A DNA stretch of 64,000 nucleotides from positions 186,001 to 250,000 of the forward strand of contig JAAOMT010000627.1 in the NCBI GenBank assembly GCA_016748015.1, read 5' to 3'. Source of the DNA: Geosiphon pyriformis uo1 (Eukaryota > Fungi > Glomeromycota). Below, in pieces: positions 1 through 12,295 of this stretch. The first letter of the stretch is position 1; each line of letters starts with the position of its first letter. A model generated the notes under the pieces. That model was given only the letters and a program-made list of their open reading frames with translations, had not been told where the DNA came from and made no database searches. A program made the position numbers and the translations under genes.

Positions 1-2225
1 TAGATTTGTCTCATTCATAACAGTCCATTGGCATTTCCATTGTCTTTTCCCTTTTTATAATGTACTGTATAATTAAATGGTGAAAGTTCTATTTTCCATC
101 TGGCATGGTGATTGTCTGCAAATTCTTGTTTTTGGATTAAAGTCAATTCTTTGTGATCTGTATATATTTCAAATTTTTGGCTCAAGTATTTTTTCCATTT
201 GATAACAGTCTAATAGATAGCTAAGTGTTCTAGTGCTGGAGTTCCATAGTTCTTTTCAGCTGGACTTAAGCTTCTACTGGCATAAGCTACTGGATGTTCT
301 CTTTTATCTGGTCTTTTTTGTGATAATACTGCTCCCAATGCTTGATCTGATGCATCAGTAGTGATGATAAATGATTTGCCGTGATTTGGATACATCAACA
401 CTAGAGCTTGAATAAGCTTTCTTCTTAATGTGTTAAATGTTTTTTGTTGAGCTTCCGTCCATTCATACTTCACATTCTTGGTTTGTAGCTGGTGAAGTGG
501 CTGAGCTAGTTTAGAAAAATCTTTGATGAAACGGCAATAATAGCCTGTAAATCCCAAAAATGCCCTTAGTTCTGACAAGTTTGTTGGTACTAGAAAGTTT
601 TTTACTATTGTAATATTGTCTGAATCTGTTTTGATACCATTTTTGCTTACCACATGTCCCAAAAACTTGAGTTCAGTTTTTTCAAAGAAGCATTTGTTGG
701 CATTTAGTTTTAATTCTGCTTGTTTAAGTCTTTCGAATACTTGTTGGAAATAATGTAGATGGTCATCAAATGTTTTGGAGAATACATTTGTGTCATCTAA
801 GTAAACAACTACAGATTTCTATAGTAAGCCAGTGTATACAATTTTCATGAGCTGTTGGAATGTTGCTGGAGCATTCATTAAGCTGAATGGCATGACTTCA
901 AACTTGAAATTTCCCTCTTTTGTAATAAATGCTGTTTTTTCTTTGTCAGCTGGATTCATGGCTACTTGTCAGTAACCACTATCTAAATCCAGTGTTGAGA
1001 ACCATTTATTTCCTCCAAAAGTGTCAAATAGTTCTTGGATCTTTGGAGTTGGATAGCTATCACCTTTAGTTACTCTATTCAGTTTCCGATAATCTACACA
1101 AAACCAGATTTTTCCATTCTTTTTCCAGACTAGTACCACTGATAATGACCATAGACTTATTGATGGCTGAATTAGCCCATTGTCTAACATCCAATTGATT
1201 TCTTGATGAATGATCTTATGGTTGGCTGGTGGTACTCTGTACACTTTTTGTTTAATTGGCATTGCATCTCCAGTTTTAATCTGATGCTGAATTATGCTGG
1301 TTCTGCCAAATTCATTTTTGCTGGCAAAAATGTCATTGAATTTGTTGAGTAACATCTTTAATTGCATTTGTTAGAATGAGTCTAGATTCCCCATGTTCAT
1401 CTGTTCCAATTGTTCTAGTTGGAACAGATAACATTCATTTTATCTGTAAATGGTTTGTGATGTAATGTCCATATATCCACAAAGTTGTGGAAAATCTGGA
1501 ATGTGGTTTGGTGGTTGATCTTCAACTTCAGTAATTACATATCTAATAATGGTTTTCTTTGGTATTTTGATGATCTTTCCAGTTGTGTTATATATAGGAA
1601 TTTTTATTTTTTTGGGGCTGTTGGCTGATATGTAGAGATTAATGAGTCCAATCTCTCTTGATTCACAAATGGTGGCTTCTGCTTCAAACAACTGAGCTTG
1701 ATTCTTTATTTCTCTTTTTATGGCTAACATATACTGATCATATGATGAGATAAAAATTGATTGATGGGTTGAGATAATTTCTTCTTTGTCAATAACCTCT
1801 TTCTCTGCCATATTAATTGGTACATTTATTCTATCTGTGAATTTAAATTCTTGTATCCTTCTTGCTATTATCTCTAATTCCTCTCTGCTTCCTATTGACA
1901 CTAACTGAGCTATTTTTACCAGAGGTAAAAATATTGCCTGTGCTATCTTTTCATTTGGCTCTATAATATATGCCTTTTCTGAATTATTTTATAGTATAGC
2001 AATGATATTTCCTACATATCCTGTGTCAATTATCCCTCCTCTGATGTTGATTTTCTTTTTGGCTAAGCTACTTCTAGATACCAATTAAACCATTGTTGTG
2101 GCTGGAATTTCCAGTGCTATTTTCAGATCAATACAAGTGTGCGAATGTGGTTCCAATTTGATGGGATTTTTCCCTGGATATCTCAAATCAAATCCTGTAT
2201 CAGTATTATGTGCACATTCTGGCAT
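1..2225 (-). pseudogene. Copy A pol: dUTPase, dUTPase-like domain, RT, RNase H (many premature stops)
   Basis: DTGFDLRY, SRSSL, GGIIDTGYVG; WFCVDYRKLN, LDLDSGY, YLDD (~793-804); TTDASDQALGAVLSQ. Confidence 0.9.
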
Positions 2226-3048
2226 GATACCTTTGCTATTATCACTGAACTATTTAAGTTCTTGTTCCTTGGTGAGGTCAAGAAGTGTGATAAATGTTTT
2301 GGGGTTTGAATCAGAGTTTAAAGCATCATAAATTTTATTGCTATTTTGAGCAGAGCTAGAACTATTGTTTTTATCATCATCATTGTCAGAGTTTGAATCA
2401 GGATTGAAAGTTGATTCCAACTTTGATGTGCAGTTGCTTATTGGTTTATTTTTTTCTGGGATTGTGTAGATTATGTATGGTGGTGGATTGTAGATGAGGT
2501 TATATTCATTACAATACTGGAAGTCACATAGGATCAAACAGTGTTCACGTAATTGGGTGTTTATTTCTTTCAAGTATTGTTCTTGCTCTTCTCTGGTGAG
2601 TGCTAATCACTAGTAATGTTCCTTTGGGTCATCCTCAATGTTACCAAAAACATTGAAAGTTTGGACATATTTGGGTTCAGAAAGAGTTAGAAGGTTGTTT
2701 TTAATCTTTAGTAGTTTACTAGTTGTCGTGCCTTCTGCTTTCACATATGCTATTCTCCAGAATTCATGTTTGTCATGGGAATATTTTTTTAATTGTCACA
2801 ATGCTCTTTTCCAGGCGTTATCGATTGGTGTTCCTTTGCATACCCAGTTATTTATCAGGATGGTGTACTGGCATGTCTTGTCACATGTTTCTCCACATTC
2901 TTTTGTTAGGTAAGGTAGTTTCACATGTGAGACAGAGTTGGTTATCCCACTTTCCTTGTCATTTTGGTCATCCAAAGCGCTCTATGACACATGGGTGGCA
3001 GTAGAATCTGGTAGCAGTGGAGTATTCATCATCATTGTCACAGCATGC

Positions 3049-3893
3049 TGTTACTCATAGAAATATAGAAATTATATTAGCATAATTATTAGCCAATCAG
3101 AAGTAAGCGTAGTAAATGTGGAATTCCAGGAATTTCAGGATTCCCAACAAGAAATTGCAGGATTCCAGAATTCCAGGATTCCTCTCAAAAGAATCACAGG
3201 ATCCCAGAAATTCTAGGATTCCTGTTGTAAAGAATCAAGGAATTGAGGAATCTCAATTATGTATATATAGCAGTAGTGTTAGAAACAGAAAAGACAGAAT
3301 CAATACCACAGAATCCTTAGCCAAGAAACTAATCATCAAATAAATAATTATTCCATATCTCAACCCACTTTCCACTATTAACACTTCATGTTGAGAGTAA
3401 TTGATACTTAACCACACTGGAACAATAGCTCTTGATCACGGCTATTGACGAAATACTAACGGACCAAATTGCCTTGGCTTATTTTCTTTACTTTCTTTAT
3501 TTTTATTTTTATTTATTTTATTTTCTTTCGTTCTTTGATTTTGTTGTTGTATATTAATTGAGTAAAAAATTAAGCACTGAGTTATTGACGTCAAGGATAG
3601 CCTAATAAAAGACCCAAAAATAAGGATAGGATTTTATATATATTATCGAATAGCTTACCAGAAGGGCACGACTGCCAGACTAAATCCGGCCACCATGCTG
3701 AGAAAGAAATTGGGAAAACTCTTGGAAAAATACATCTACTATTGACACCATTGAATCTCTGTCTATTATACAAAGAACTCAACCAAAACCTTCAGATACT
3801 AAAACTTCAGATCAATATCAACTGCAATTAGCTTTGAGCCCCAAGTTACGGGTTTGTTATTTGATTTGACAGCAGAAATAATCACCTGTAACA
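3049..3893 (+). repeat. 5' LTR of copy B (845 bp, GGAATTCC-array type)
   Basis: TGTTAC...GTAACA termini; near-identical to 12309-13182; followed by the PBS. Confidence 0.96.
3091..3269 (+). promoter_or_regulatory. LTR U3 promoter: CCAAT box (3093-3097), tandem GGAATTCC/GGATTCC array, TATA box (3262-3269)
   Basis: AGCCAATCAG and TATATATA occupy the same relative positions in the other LTR copies, with a repeat array between them. Confidence 0.7.
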
Positions 3894-3895
3894 TT

Positions 3896-3912
3896 TGGTG
3901 CTCCCTGTGAGG
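3896..3912 (+). promoter_or_regulatory. Primer-binding site TGGTGCTCCCTGTGAGG, probably for tRNA-Ile(UAU)
   Basis: Lies 2 nt after the LTR. Its reverse complement CCTCACAGGGAGCACCA resembles the 3' end of eukaryotic tRNA-Ile(UAU). The same PBS is in A (16358-16373) and D (28878-28894). Confidence 0.75.
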
Positions 3913-3956
3913 TTTAATCTTACAGAGAACCAGCACTGACAACACCAAGCCAAAAA

Positions 3957-5760
3957 GTGGCAGAATCAGAAACTATAGGAGCAAACCATTTAGGATTCGC
4001 AAAATCCTTATTTCAACACTATTGTCAATACTTGGAATTAAACCACAATCATATATCCATCGAATCAGCCTTTAATTTCTACATCAACGAAAAGATTTCC
4101 TCTTTATTAGGAACACCAGTGAATACTGAATCAGCAAGAGAAACTTTCTATAAGGAATTAATCCAAAACACCAACCTATCAACAAATCATAATTTCGCAT
4201 CCATCATTACTAAGATCAACAAAGAAATTGAACATTACACTCAACAAAAATATCCAATTACATACACTAGTAAAGGGAAGAGAAAATTACAAACACTAGC
4301 AGTAACACCCAGAAAAATACAGCCACCTGCTTGGAAGAAAAACAGAGTTGAATCTCCAAGCAACCCATCCTACCACTATACACCTAGAAGCACCATCAAC
4401 ATATCATCAACAGACGTGTTCACATCAACTGCGACATCAGCATTTAGATGATTCCCATTTCAAAGTAGACAAAGAAAAACAGAATTGTTAGGACCATATG
4501 GTGAATACTTTGAGGGATTTAATTCGCGATCATCAATCCCATTAGGACTTTGATCACCACTGCCTCCACCAGATTTCGGAATCTCTGATCCATGAGAAGC
4601 AGCGGAATCAGAAAAGGAGGAAGAAGAATCAGAGGATCAAGAATTGATTTACCAGCACCCGATTACTGAAAACCCAGAAGTTGAAACCCCAAATCTTCAA
4701 ACTCAGCAACAGTTAGAAAATCCGGAAATCAAAACTCCGAATATTCGAACGCTGCCAAATCAAAGAAATCAAGGACCCAAATTAATTAATCAGCAAAACT
4801 TACCTCCAGTAATTGTCATCAATCAACTGCCAATTAATCCCATAGCCGAACCCATATAGCAACCACTTCAGCTACCACCCCAACAGCCAGGACAACAACA
4901 ACTGCTTTAACAGCCACCACAACCACCTAACTTAGATCCAATGGCCTACACACCAATCACAAAACTCGACAACTTTACTGGCAAAGAGGATGACGCTCAA
5001 ATATGGCTGAACAATGTAAAAAAAGCCATCACAGCCAATGGATGGAATAATGCTCGAGCAATGCAAGCCATTCCCTACTTTCTCAAGAATACTGCCAATT
5101 CATGGTATCAGAGCTTGGTTAATAAACCACAAGATTTCAATGCCTTCAAAGTGGAATTTCTAAGATACTTCAACAACAATAACAGCATCAATTGCCTAGT
5201 TAATACATTTACTACCATAAAACAAGGAGAAACTGAAGCAGTCACTACTTACCTGGGACGCTTCCATCAAAACCTATGCCAAATTCAAGCAATTGACGCC
5301 AACTATTTCACAGCACCACAGATACTTAATCAGTTTATCTGTGGTCTGTGCAACAGCATCTTGCAACATGTACATCCATTGCATCCAGGTACCCTTTAAG
5401 ACGCAGTTACACATGCCAGAGATTTTGAATCTGCCGAATCAGAGACTAACCACGTCCAAGCCATTAATCTAGTAATGAATGAATCATCTGAATTGGATTC
5501 TAAATTGAAGAAGTTCAGTGAATCAATTAATAAGAGATTGGAAGGATACTTAGCTGACAATTACACCATTTATCAGCCTTCACAATGATGCAATAATCAA
5601 GGAAATTCTAATCGTGGCCAAAATCAACCACGTCCATCTTCATCAACCAATCAACAGTGGCAACAGGAAACACGTATCTGCCACTATTGTGGTAAACAAG
5701 AACATATCCAAATTGACTGTCACCAGTGCTTAAATAACCAATGATCGGGAAATCAATATC
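3957..5760 (+). pseudogene. gag: Copy B N-terminal extension plus Gag (capsid from ATG 4941; CCHC zinc knuckle ~5678-5720)
   Basis: Retrotrans_gag-like MAYTPITKLDNFTGKEDDAQIWL...SWYQSL; knuckle CHYCGKQEHIQIDC; same frame from 3957 through the protease. Confidence 0.88.
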
Positions 5761-6329
5761 AAAACTCCAATTGTCAGTTCCAAACTCCGAATCATTATTC
5801 AAATCAGAATTAAGACCAATATCGAAATAATTACCTGCCCATAACGCAGCAACCAATCTATCAACCGCCAGTATATCAATCTCCGATTCATCAGCTGCAG
5901 CCACAAGTAATATATCAACTGCAGCCACAAATTGTCTATCAACTCCAACTAATTCAAACATCAACCCAGAACCCAGCTCAAATGACATCAGGCAACCCTC
6001 AATCCAGAGTCACTCAAAACTGGAGATCAGCAATGGTTGTTCACCAACCAATCCCCAGTTCGCTAAACCCACTATTAGGATTACACACATAGAATTTAGA
6101 TACCAGTTGCGTCCAAAACCCAAATTCTCAACATTATTTAAGTCTCCTAGTGACCCTAGGAAACGCCACATTCAACAACACAGAATTCAATTAGCACATA
6201 CCTACCAACACCATTTCACTGGCAACCATCTCTAGCAATGAATCCCTAGCAGCCATCTTTCCTTTCGAACTTGAAGAAAACACACCAATACCATTATTCA
6301 GTGGAGCCGCCCTCGAAGAGAAACCCATA

Positions 6330-6700
6330 ACAGCAATATACACGGATGCCAGAGTTGATGGTCACTTCATCAAACTTATCCTAGATAGTGGATCAGCTGG
6401 CAGCATAATCACTAGACAACTCATAGACCAATTAGGTCGCCAAGTTGATTGAGCTGCCAGCGCCAGAATCATCACAGCTGATGGAGCGACCAAAACTCCA
6501 ATCAGTGAAATTGACAATTTCCCTTTTGAAGTCAATGGCATCATAACTCCCATTAAAGTTCTAGTAATAGAAGCCACTCAATACCAAGCTCTCGTTGGTA
6601 ATGATTGGCTATCCAAAGTCAATGCAACGTTAGACTGGAACACCCAGGAACTCCAGCTAACATATCAGGGCCAACACATACGTGTTCTGGCCATGTGTGG
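6330..6700 (+). pseudogene. Copy B aspartic protease
   Basis: KLILDSGSAGSII catalytic motif at ~6372 and C-terminal ALVGNDWL. Confidence 0.88.
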
Positions 6701-7936
6701 CCACTTCAAAACTCCTCCAAGAGAGAAACTATTGATCGAGCTGGAGGAAGAAAAAAAAAAGCCTATCAAGTATTGTGGACTGACGAAGAGCACAACAAGC
6801 TGCTGCCAATACTCTCTTGGGATAACAACAACAAGGAAAAAGAGAAACAAAAAGAAGAACTTACCTGAGAAACCAATGACTTAACATAAATTGACAATGA
6901 CGAAAGCGAACCGATTTCAAGCTGGGAATGAGAAGAAGACAAAGAAAATAAAGGAAAAGGAAAAGAAAAAGAGACCACTCAAACCATCACCACTTATAAC
7001 ACCTACACTACACCACAACAATCTACCTATTGTCGATCCAAGCTTATATGTGTTGATTGTGACAAGAAATTGTTATCAATGAGCGCATGCTGTGGAGATG
7101 ATAAGAAATATTCAACAACAACTAGGTTCTATTGCTGCCCATGCATTCTGGAACGCTTTGGAAGACCAAAACAAGTAGAGAAATAGGACAATCAGCCATG
7201 CTTAGCTTGTGAAGAGACTCTCTTGGATGAAGGAATGTGGCATGACATTCCTGGACGTGGAGGAACATGCAACATATTGTGTCAATACATGATTCTAATA
7301 AGTGATTGGGTAAAGAAAGGAACCTTAATAGAAGCAGCCTAGAGAAGAGCCGTACAGTGACTGGACAGTTGCCCACATAACGACAACAAAATTTGGCGAA
7401 TGGCATTTGCAAAAATTGAAGAGGCAACACCAGAAGAGATAAAAATGATCAAAAACAACCCCTCAGAACCTTTAAAGCTTGACTGGGATGCAGAACCCAT
7501 TATAAACCTCCTGGATCTGGAACAATTCCATGAACACTACCAAGAATTAGCACCCACAAGGGAAGAACAAGAACAACAATTAGAGCAGTTGAACATTCGA
7601 CTATGTCAACACTGTCTAATTCCCTGTGACTTCCAGTATTGTGATAAGTGTGACCTTATTTACAATCCACCACCACGCATGATCTACACGATCTCAGAAG
7701 AGGAAGAACCAATTAGCAGCTGTGCATCAGAATCAGAATCACCGATCGATTGTGGTTCAAACTCCAACAATGACAGTGACAACAACAGTTTAAACTCCAT
7801 TCAAAATGGCAATGACAACAACAATGATTCCAACTCAGATACAAACTCTAATGTAAACTATGAACAATACATTGCACTACCAGATCTCTCCAAAAAACAA
7901 GAGTTGAAATAGTATAGTGACAATGGGAAAGGTATT

Positions 7937-8350
7937 ATGCCAGAACGTGCACATGATACTGATGCAGGGTTTGATCTGAGATATCCAGGAAAAGATGTCA
8001 TCAAATTGGAACCATATTCACACACCTGCATTGATCTGAAAATAGTACTAGAAATTCCGGCAACAACCATGGTTCAATTAGCATCTAGGAGTAATTTAGT
8101 GAAAAGAGGGATTAATATAAGAGGAGGAATAATTGACGTGGGATATATAGAAAATATCATCACTATGCTACAAAATGACTCAGAAAAGGCCTATGTAATA
8201 GAGCCTAATGAAAAGATAGCACAGACAATATTCCTGCCTCTGGTTAGAATAGCTCAGTTAATATCAGTGGGAAAGAGGGAGGAATTAAGAATAATGGCAA
8301 GAGAAATACAGAGATTCAGATCCACAGGTAGAATAGATGTACCAGTTAAT
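7937..8350 (+). pseudogene. dut: Copy B dUTPase domain
   Basis: All five dUTPase motifs in order: AGFDL, SRS(N/S)L, GGIIDxGY, EKIAQ and a decayed RGxxGFGST (AREIQRFRSTG). Confidence 0.92.
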
Positions 8351-8799
8351 ATGGCAGAGGAAGAAATTGTTGGCCAAGGAGAAATTATCTCAACTGGTTA
8401 AGCTATTTCCATTCCACCATATAGCCAGTACATGTTAGCAATAGAAAGGAAAGAAAAGGAGCAAGAACAGATGTTTGAAGCAGAAGCAACCTTTTGTGAA
8501 TCGGGAGAGATTGGGTTGATCAATCTCCACATACCAGCCAAAAGTTATAACAGCATAAAAATTCCCATCTACAACAATACTGGCAATGTCATCAGCATAT
8601 CAGAAGGAACCACCATCGGATATTTAATCACAGAAATAGAAGACCAACCACCAAACCCCATTCCAGACTTTCCACAACTTTGTGGATATGTTGACATTAC
8701 ATCACAAACAATCTATGGATAAGACAAATGTTATTTGCTCCAACCAGAACAATTGGAACAAATGAAAATGAGAAACCTAGATCCACTCCAATGTATGCA

Positions 8800-10162
8800 G
8801 CTCAAGATGTTACTCAACAATTTCAATGACATCTTTGCTAGTGAAAATGAGTTTGGCTGAACTGATATCATCCAGCATCAGATCAAGACTGGAGATGCAA
8901 TGCCAATCAAACAAAGAGCATACAGAGTGCTGCCAGCCAGCCACGAGATTATTCGTCAAGAGATAAACAGAATGCTTGACAACAGGCTAATTCAACTATC
9001 AATGAGTCCATGGTCATCACCAGTGGTACTCATCCATAAGAAAAATAGAAAAATCCGGTTTTGTGTAGACTATAGAAAACTCAATAGTGTAACTCATGGA
9101 GACAGTTATCCAACTCCACAAATACAGGAATTATTCGATGCTTTCGGTGGGAACAAATGGTTCTCCACATTAGATTTGGACAGTGGTTACTGACAAGTAG
9201 CCATGAATTCAGCTGACAAAGAGAAGATGGCATTTACTACTAGAAAAGGGAATTTCGAATTTGAAGTAATGCCATTCGGCTTAACCAATGTCTTAGCAAC
9301 TTTCCAACAGCTAATGGAAATTATTTATATGGGCTTATTGTAGAAATCAGTAGTTGTATACTTGGATGACACCAATGTATTCTCAAAGATGTTTGATGAT
9401 CATCTTTATCATCTTCAACAAGTATTCGAAAGATTAAGAAGAGCAGGACTAAAGTTAAATGCAACAAAGTGCTTCTTTGGCAAGATGGAACTCAAATTTT
9501 TGGGACACATAGTCAGCAAAGACAACATTAAAACGGATCCAGAGAAAATAGAGATAGTAAAAAACTTTCCAGTACCAACCAATATAACAGAACTGAAATC
9601 ATTCTTGGGATTTGCCAGCTACTATTGGCATTTTATCAAGAACTTTTCCAAGATAGTGCAGCCACTCAATCAACTACAAAACAAAAATGTGAAATATGAA
9701 TGGACAGAAAGTTAACAAGAAGCTTTTGATATTCTGAGGAAAAAGCTCATCCAAGCTCCAGTGCTGATCTATCCAGATTACAGCAAACCATTCATTATCA
9801 CCACTGATGCATCTGGCCAAGCATTGGGAGCAGTATTATCTCAGAAAAGACCAGACAGCAGAGAACATCCAGTAGCATATGCCAGCAGAGGTTTAACACC
9901 AGCCAAAAAGAACTATGGAACACCAGAACAAGAACACTTAGCAATATACTGGGCTGTCATGAAATGGAAAGAATACTTGAGCCAGAAGTTTGAAGTATAT
10001 ACAGATCACAAGAGATTGACATCACTCCAAAAACAAGAATTTGGAGATGGAAGACAGTCAAGATAGAAAATGGCACTCGCACCATACAATTATACTATAT
10101 ATTACAAAAAGGGAAAAGACAACAAAAATGCTGATGGTTTATCACAAATAAAACAAATCTAA
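8800..10162 (+). pseudogene. Copy B reverse transcriptase and RNase H, ending at TAA 10160-10162
   Basis: PWSSPVV, RFCVDYRKLN, LDLDSGY, MPFGL, VYLDD (~9358), FLGH, TTDAS, YTDH, NADGLS. Confidence 0.93.
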
Positions 10163-10227
10163 GAACATTTCAACCCAAAAATATAATAAAACCAGAACAA
10201 TACCAACAGAAAAAATACAACAAAAAG

Positions 10228-11610
10228 ATAAACATACAAAAATATCAACAATTACAACATTATCTAAATACTCAACAGTTCAAGGAGAATTTATCTCATA
10301 TGGAACAAAAGAGTATCAAACAACAATCAAAATATTTTATCACTCACCAAAATATACTTTATCAGAAAAATAGAAAAGATCCAGATCAACCAACCAGAGT
10401 AATTACGAAGCCAGAAAAAGAGACAATATTATTCAACATGCACTCAAATCCAACAGCAAGACATTTTCACAAAGAAGCAACCATAGAAAGAACTAAAAAA
10501 AGATACTATTGGCCATCAATATACCCAGACATCATTCAATATGTTCAAAATTGTAATGCTTGTCAGCGAAGAGGAGGAACAAGACCCAGTGAACCATTAA
10601 GACCAATCAAAGTGGGACAACTATTTGATCGTATGAGAATTGATTTAGTCAGACCATTAACAATCACCAGTAAAGGAAACAGATACATAGCAGTAGCTAT
10701 GGACTATCTCACTAAATGGCCAAAGGCAAAAGCAATTCAAAGAGCGGATGCAGAATCCATTGCCAAATTTGTTCATCAGGAGTTGATTTGTCAACATGGA
10801 TGTCCAAAAGAATTATTATCAGACCAAGGAACTCATTTTGTGAACAGAACATTAAATGAATTAAGCCAAAGATTCAGAATCAAAAGACCATTATCATCAC
10901 CATACCATCCACAAACCAACGGATTGGTAGAAAGATTTAACAGAACGTTGTGTAAAGCAATAGCCAAGCTCAGCCAAGAAAACCAGAACAATTGGGATTT
11001 GTTCATACCATCAGTACTATTTGCTTATCGAACAACAAAACAAGATACTACACAAGCAACACCATTTGAATTAGTATACAGAAGAATAGCAATGTTACCA
11101 GTAGAGAGAAAAATTAATACATATCCAACTGAACCAATAACAGAGAAAAATTTTCAAAAAACATTGTTGAGAAGAACATATGACTTAATGGAAACATTGG
11201 AAAACAAACAAAAAAGAGCAGCTGATAATATCCAAAAGTCACAAGAAACACAGAAAGAAAGACATGATAGTCAACTACCAGACAAACCAGTTGAATTCAA
11301 GATCGGAGACAAAGTATTACTACATTGTACCAAAGTAGAAAAACAATGAAGTGGAAAATTTGACCCCAAATAAGATGGACCATTTCACATAGAAGAAATT
11401 CTAGGAAATAGAGCTTACAAATTAAGATTGAATAACAAAATTTTAACCAAAGCAGCACATGGAGATCGACTGAAACTATATCACAACATCACACTACCAT
11501 CTACCAGTAATATTCCACAATTAGAAGTACAGAGAATACTAGTCCAACCAGATAAGATTCCACAAGATTTGGAACCAATTATTATTATCAACAACAACAT
11601 GTTAAATTGA
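10228..11610 (+). pseudogene. Copy B integrase (HHCC finger, DDE core, GPF/Y module; no chromodomain)
   Basis: MHSNPTARHF...CNACQ; IDLV; SDQGTHF; YHPQTNGLVERFN; DGPFHIEEILG. Confidence 0.93.
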
Positions 11611-11664
11611 TCCATCAAAAGAATATATAAAAACATGGTAGATGTAACAGGAAATATCAGAAAA

Positions 11665-12295
11665 ATAGAAATTACAGACAACATTCACTCACTAGCACAA
11701 CAACTCTTTCAATTAATCCAACACCAGGAAATAGAAATTACAATCAATCAACAAACTATTCGATATCAAGATACTAGAAAGACATTACAACCCAGAACAC
11801 AGAAGAAAACTGAAAATACAGTGGACAAAATCATTGTGAAAGTAAAATTAGCAATAAAAGAATTGACAAAAGAGTCACTATATCAAGAGTTGACTAAAAA
11901 AACTTGGGATTGATGAATACAACAATTTTTACGAAACTATTGTTATTTTTATTTGGGACAACATGTAAATATCTAGAATCTATATACGGATAAAACAAAG
12001 TGATTATTCAACAAAAAGAATATTACAACAATTAGAACATTTTTTGGGAAAGAACAACTTATTCACACAAGTCCGAGCCATATACCGAATACACACAGCA
12101 TTTCAAGATAAACCAGAAATATTGCTCAACAAAGCAATGGATATGGTGACTAGTAATCAATTAGGAAAAATCACCAATGCTTAATTTGAAAAATTACAGA
12201 CCCAAATAACACAAGTAATTCTCAAAAATGAAATCCAGGAAATACTTCAAGAGGGGGAATTACATGAATTAGATTTCGACAGAGCTCAATATTAA
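11665..12295 (+). pseudogene. Copy B accessory ORF3 (~210 codons, unknown function), ending in the PPT
   Basis: Protein-level homology with 20466-21101 in copy D (VRAIYRIHTAFQDKPEILL vs VRTIYRLHNIFQNYPEILL; both end FD(R/G)AQY*). Confidence 0.7.

Noticed and set aside
3116-3343. ORFs inside LTRs (also 12378-12632, 12935-13120, 3591-3782, 16285-16488, 19809-19991)
   Set aside because: These are translations of repeat arrays or LTR sequence with non-ATG starts, not conserved between LTR types.
5608-5988. Hydrophobic antisense ORFs opposite gag (also 14275-14751, 26729-26998) as a possible env or antisense gene
   Set aside because: They are the mirror of Gln/Pro-rich codons on the sense strand, with no shared start or stop across copies.
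11340-11610. Chromodomain at the integrase C-terminus
   Set aside because: No aromatic-cage or Y-L-V-K-W pattern after the GPF module in B or D.
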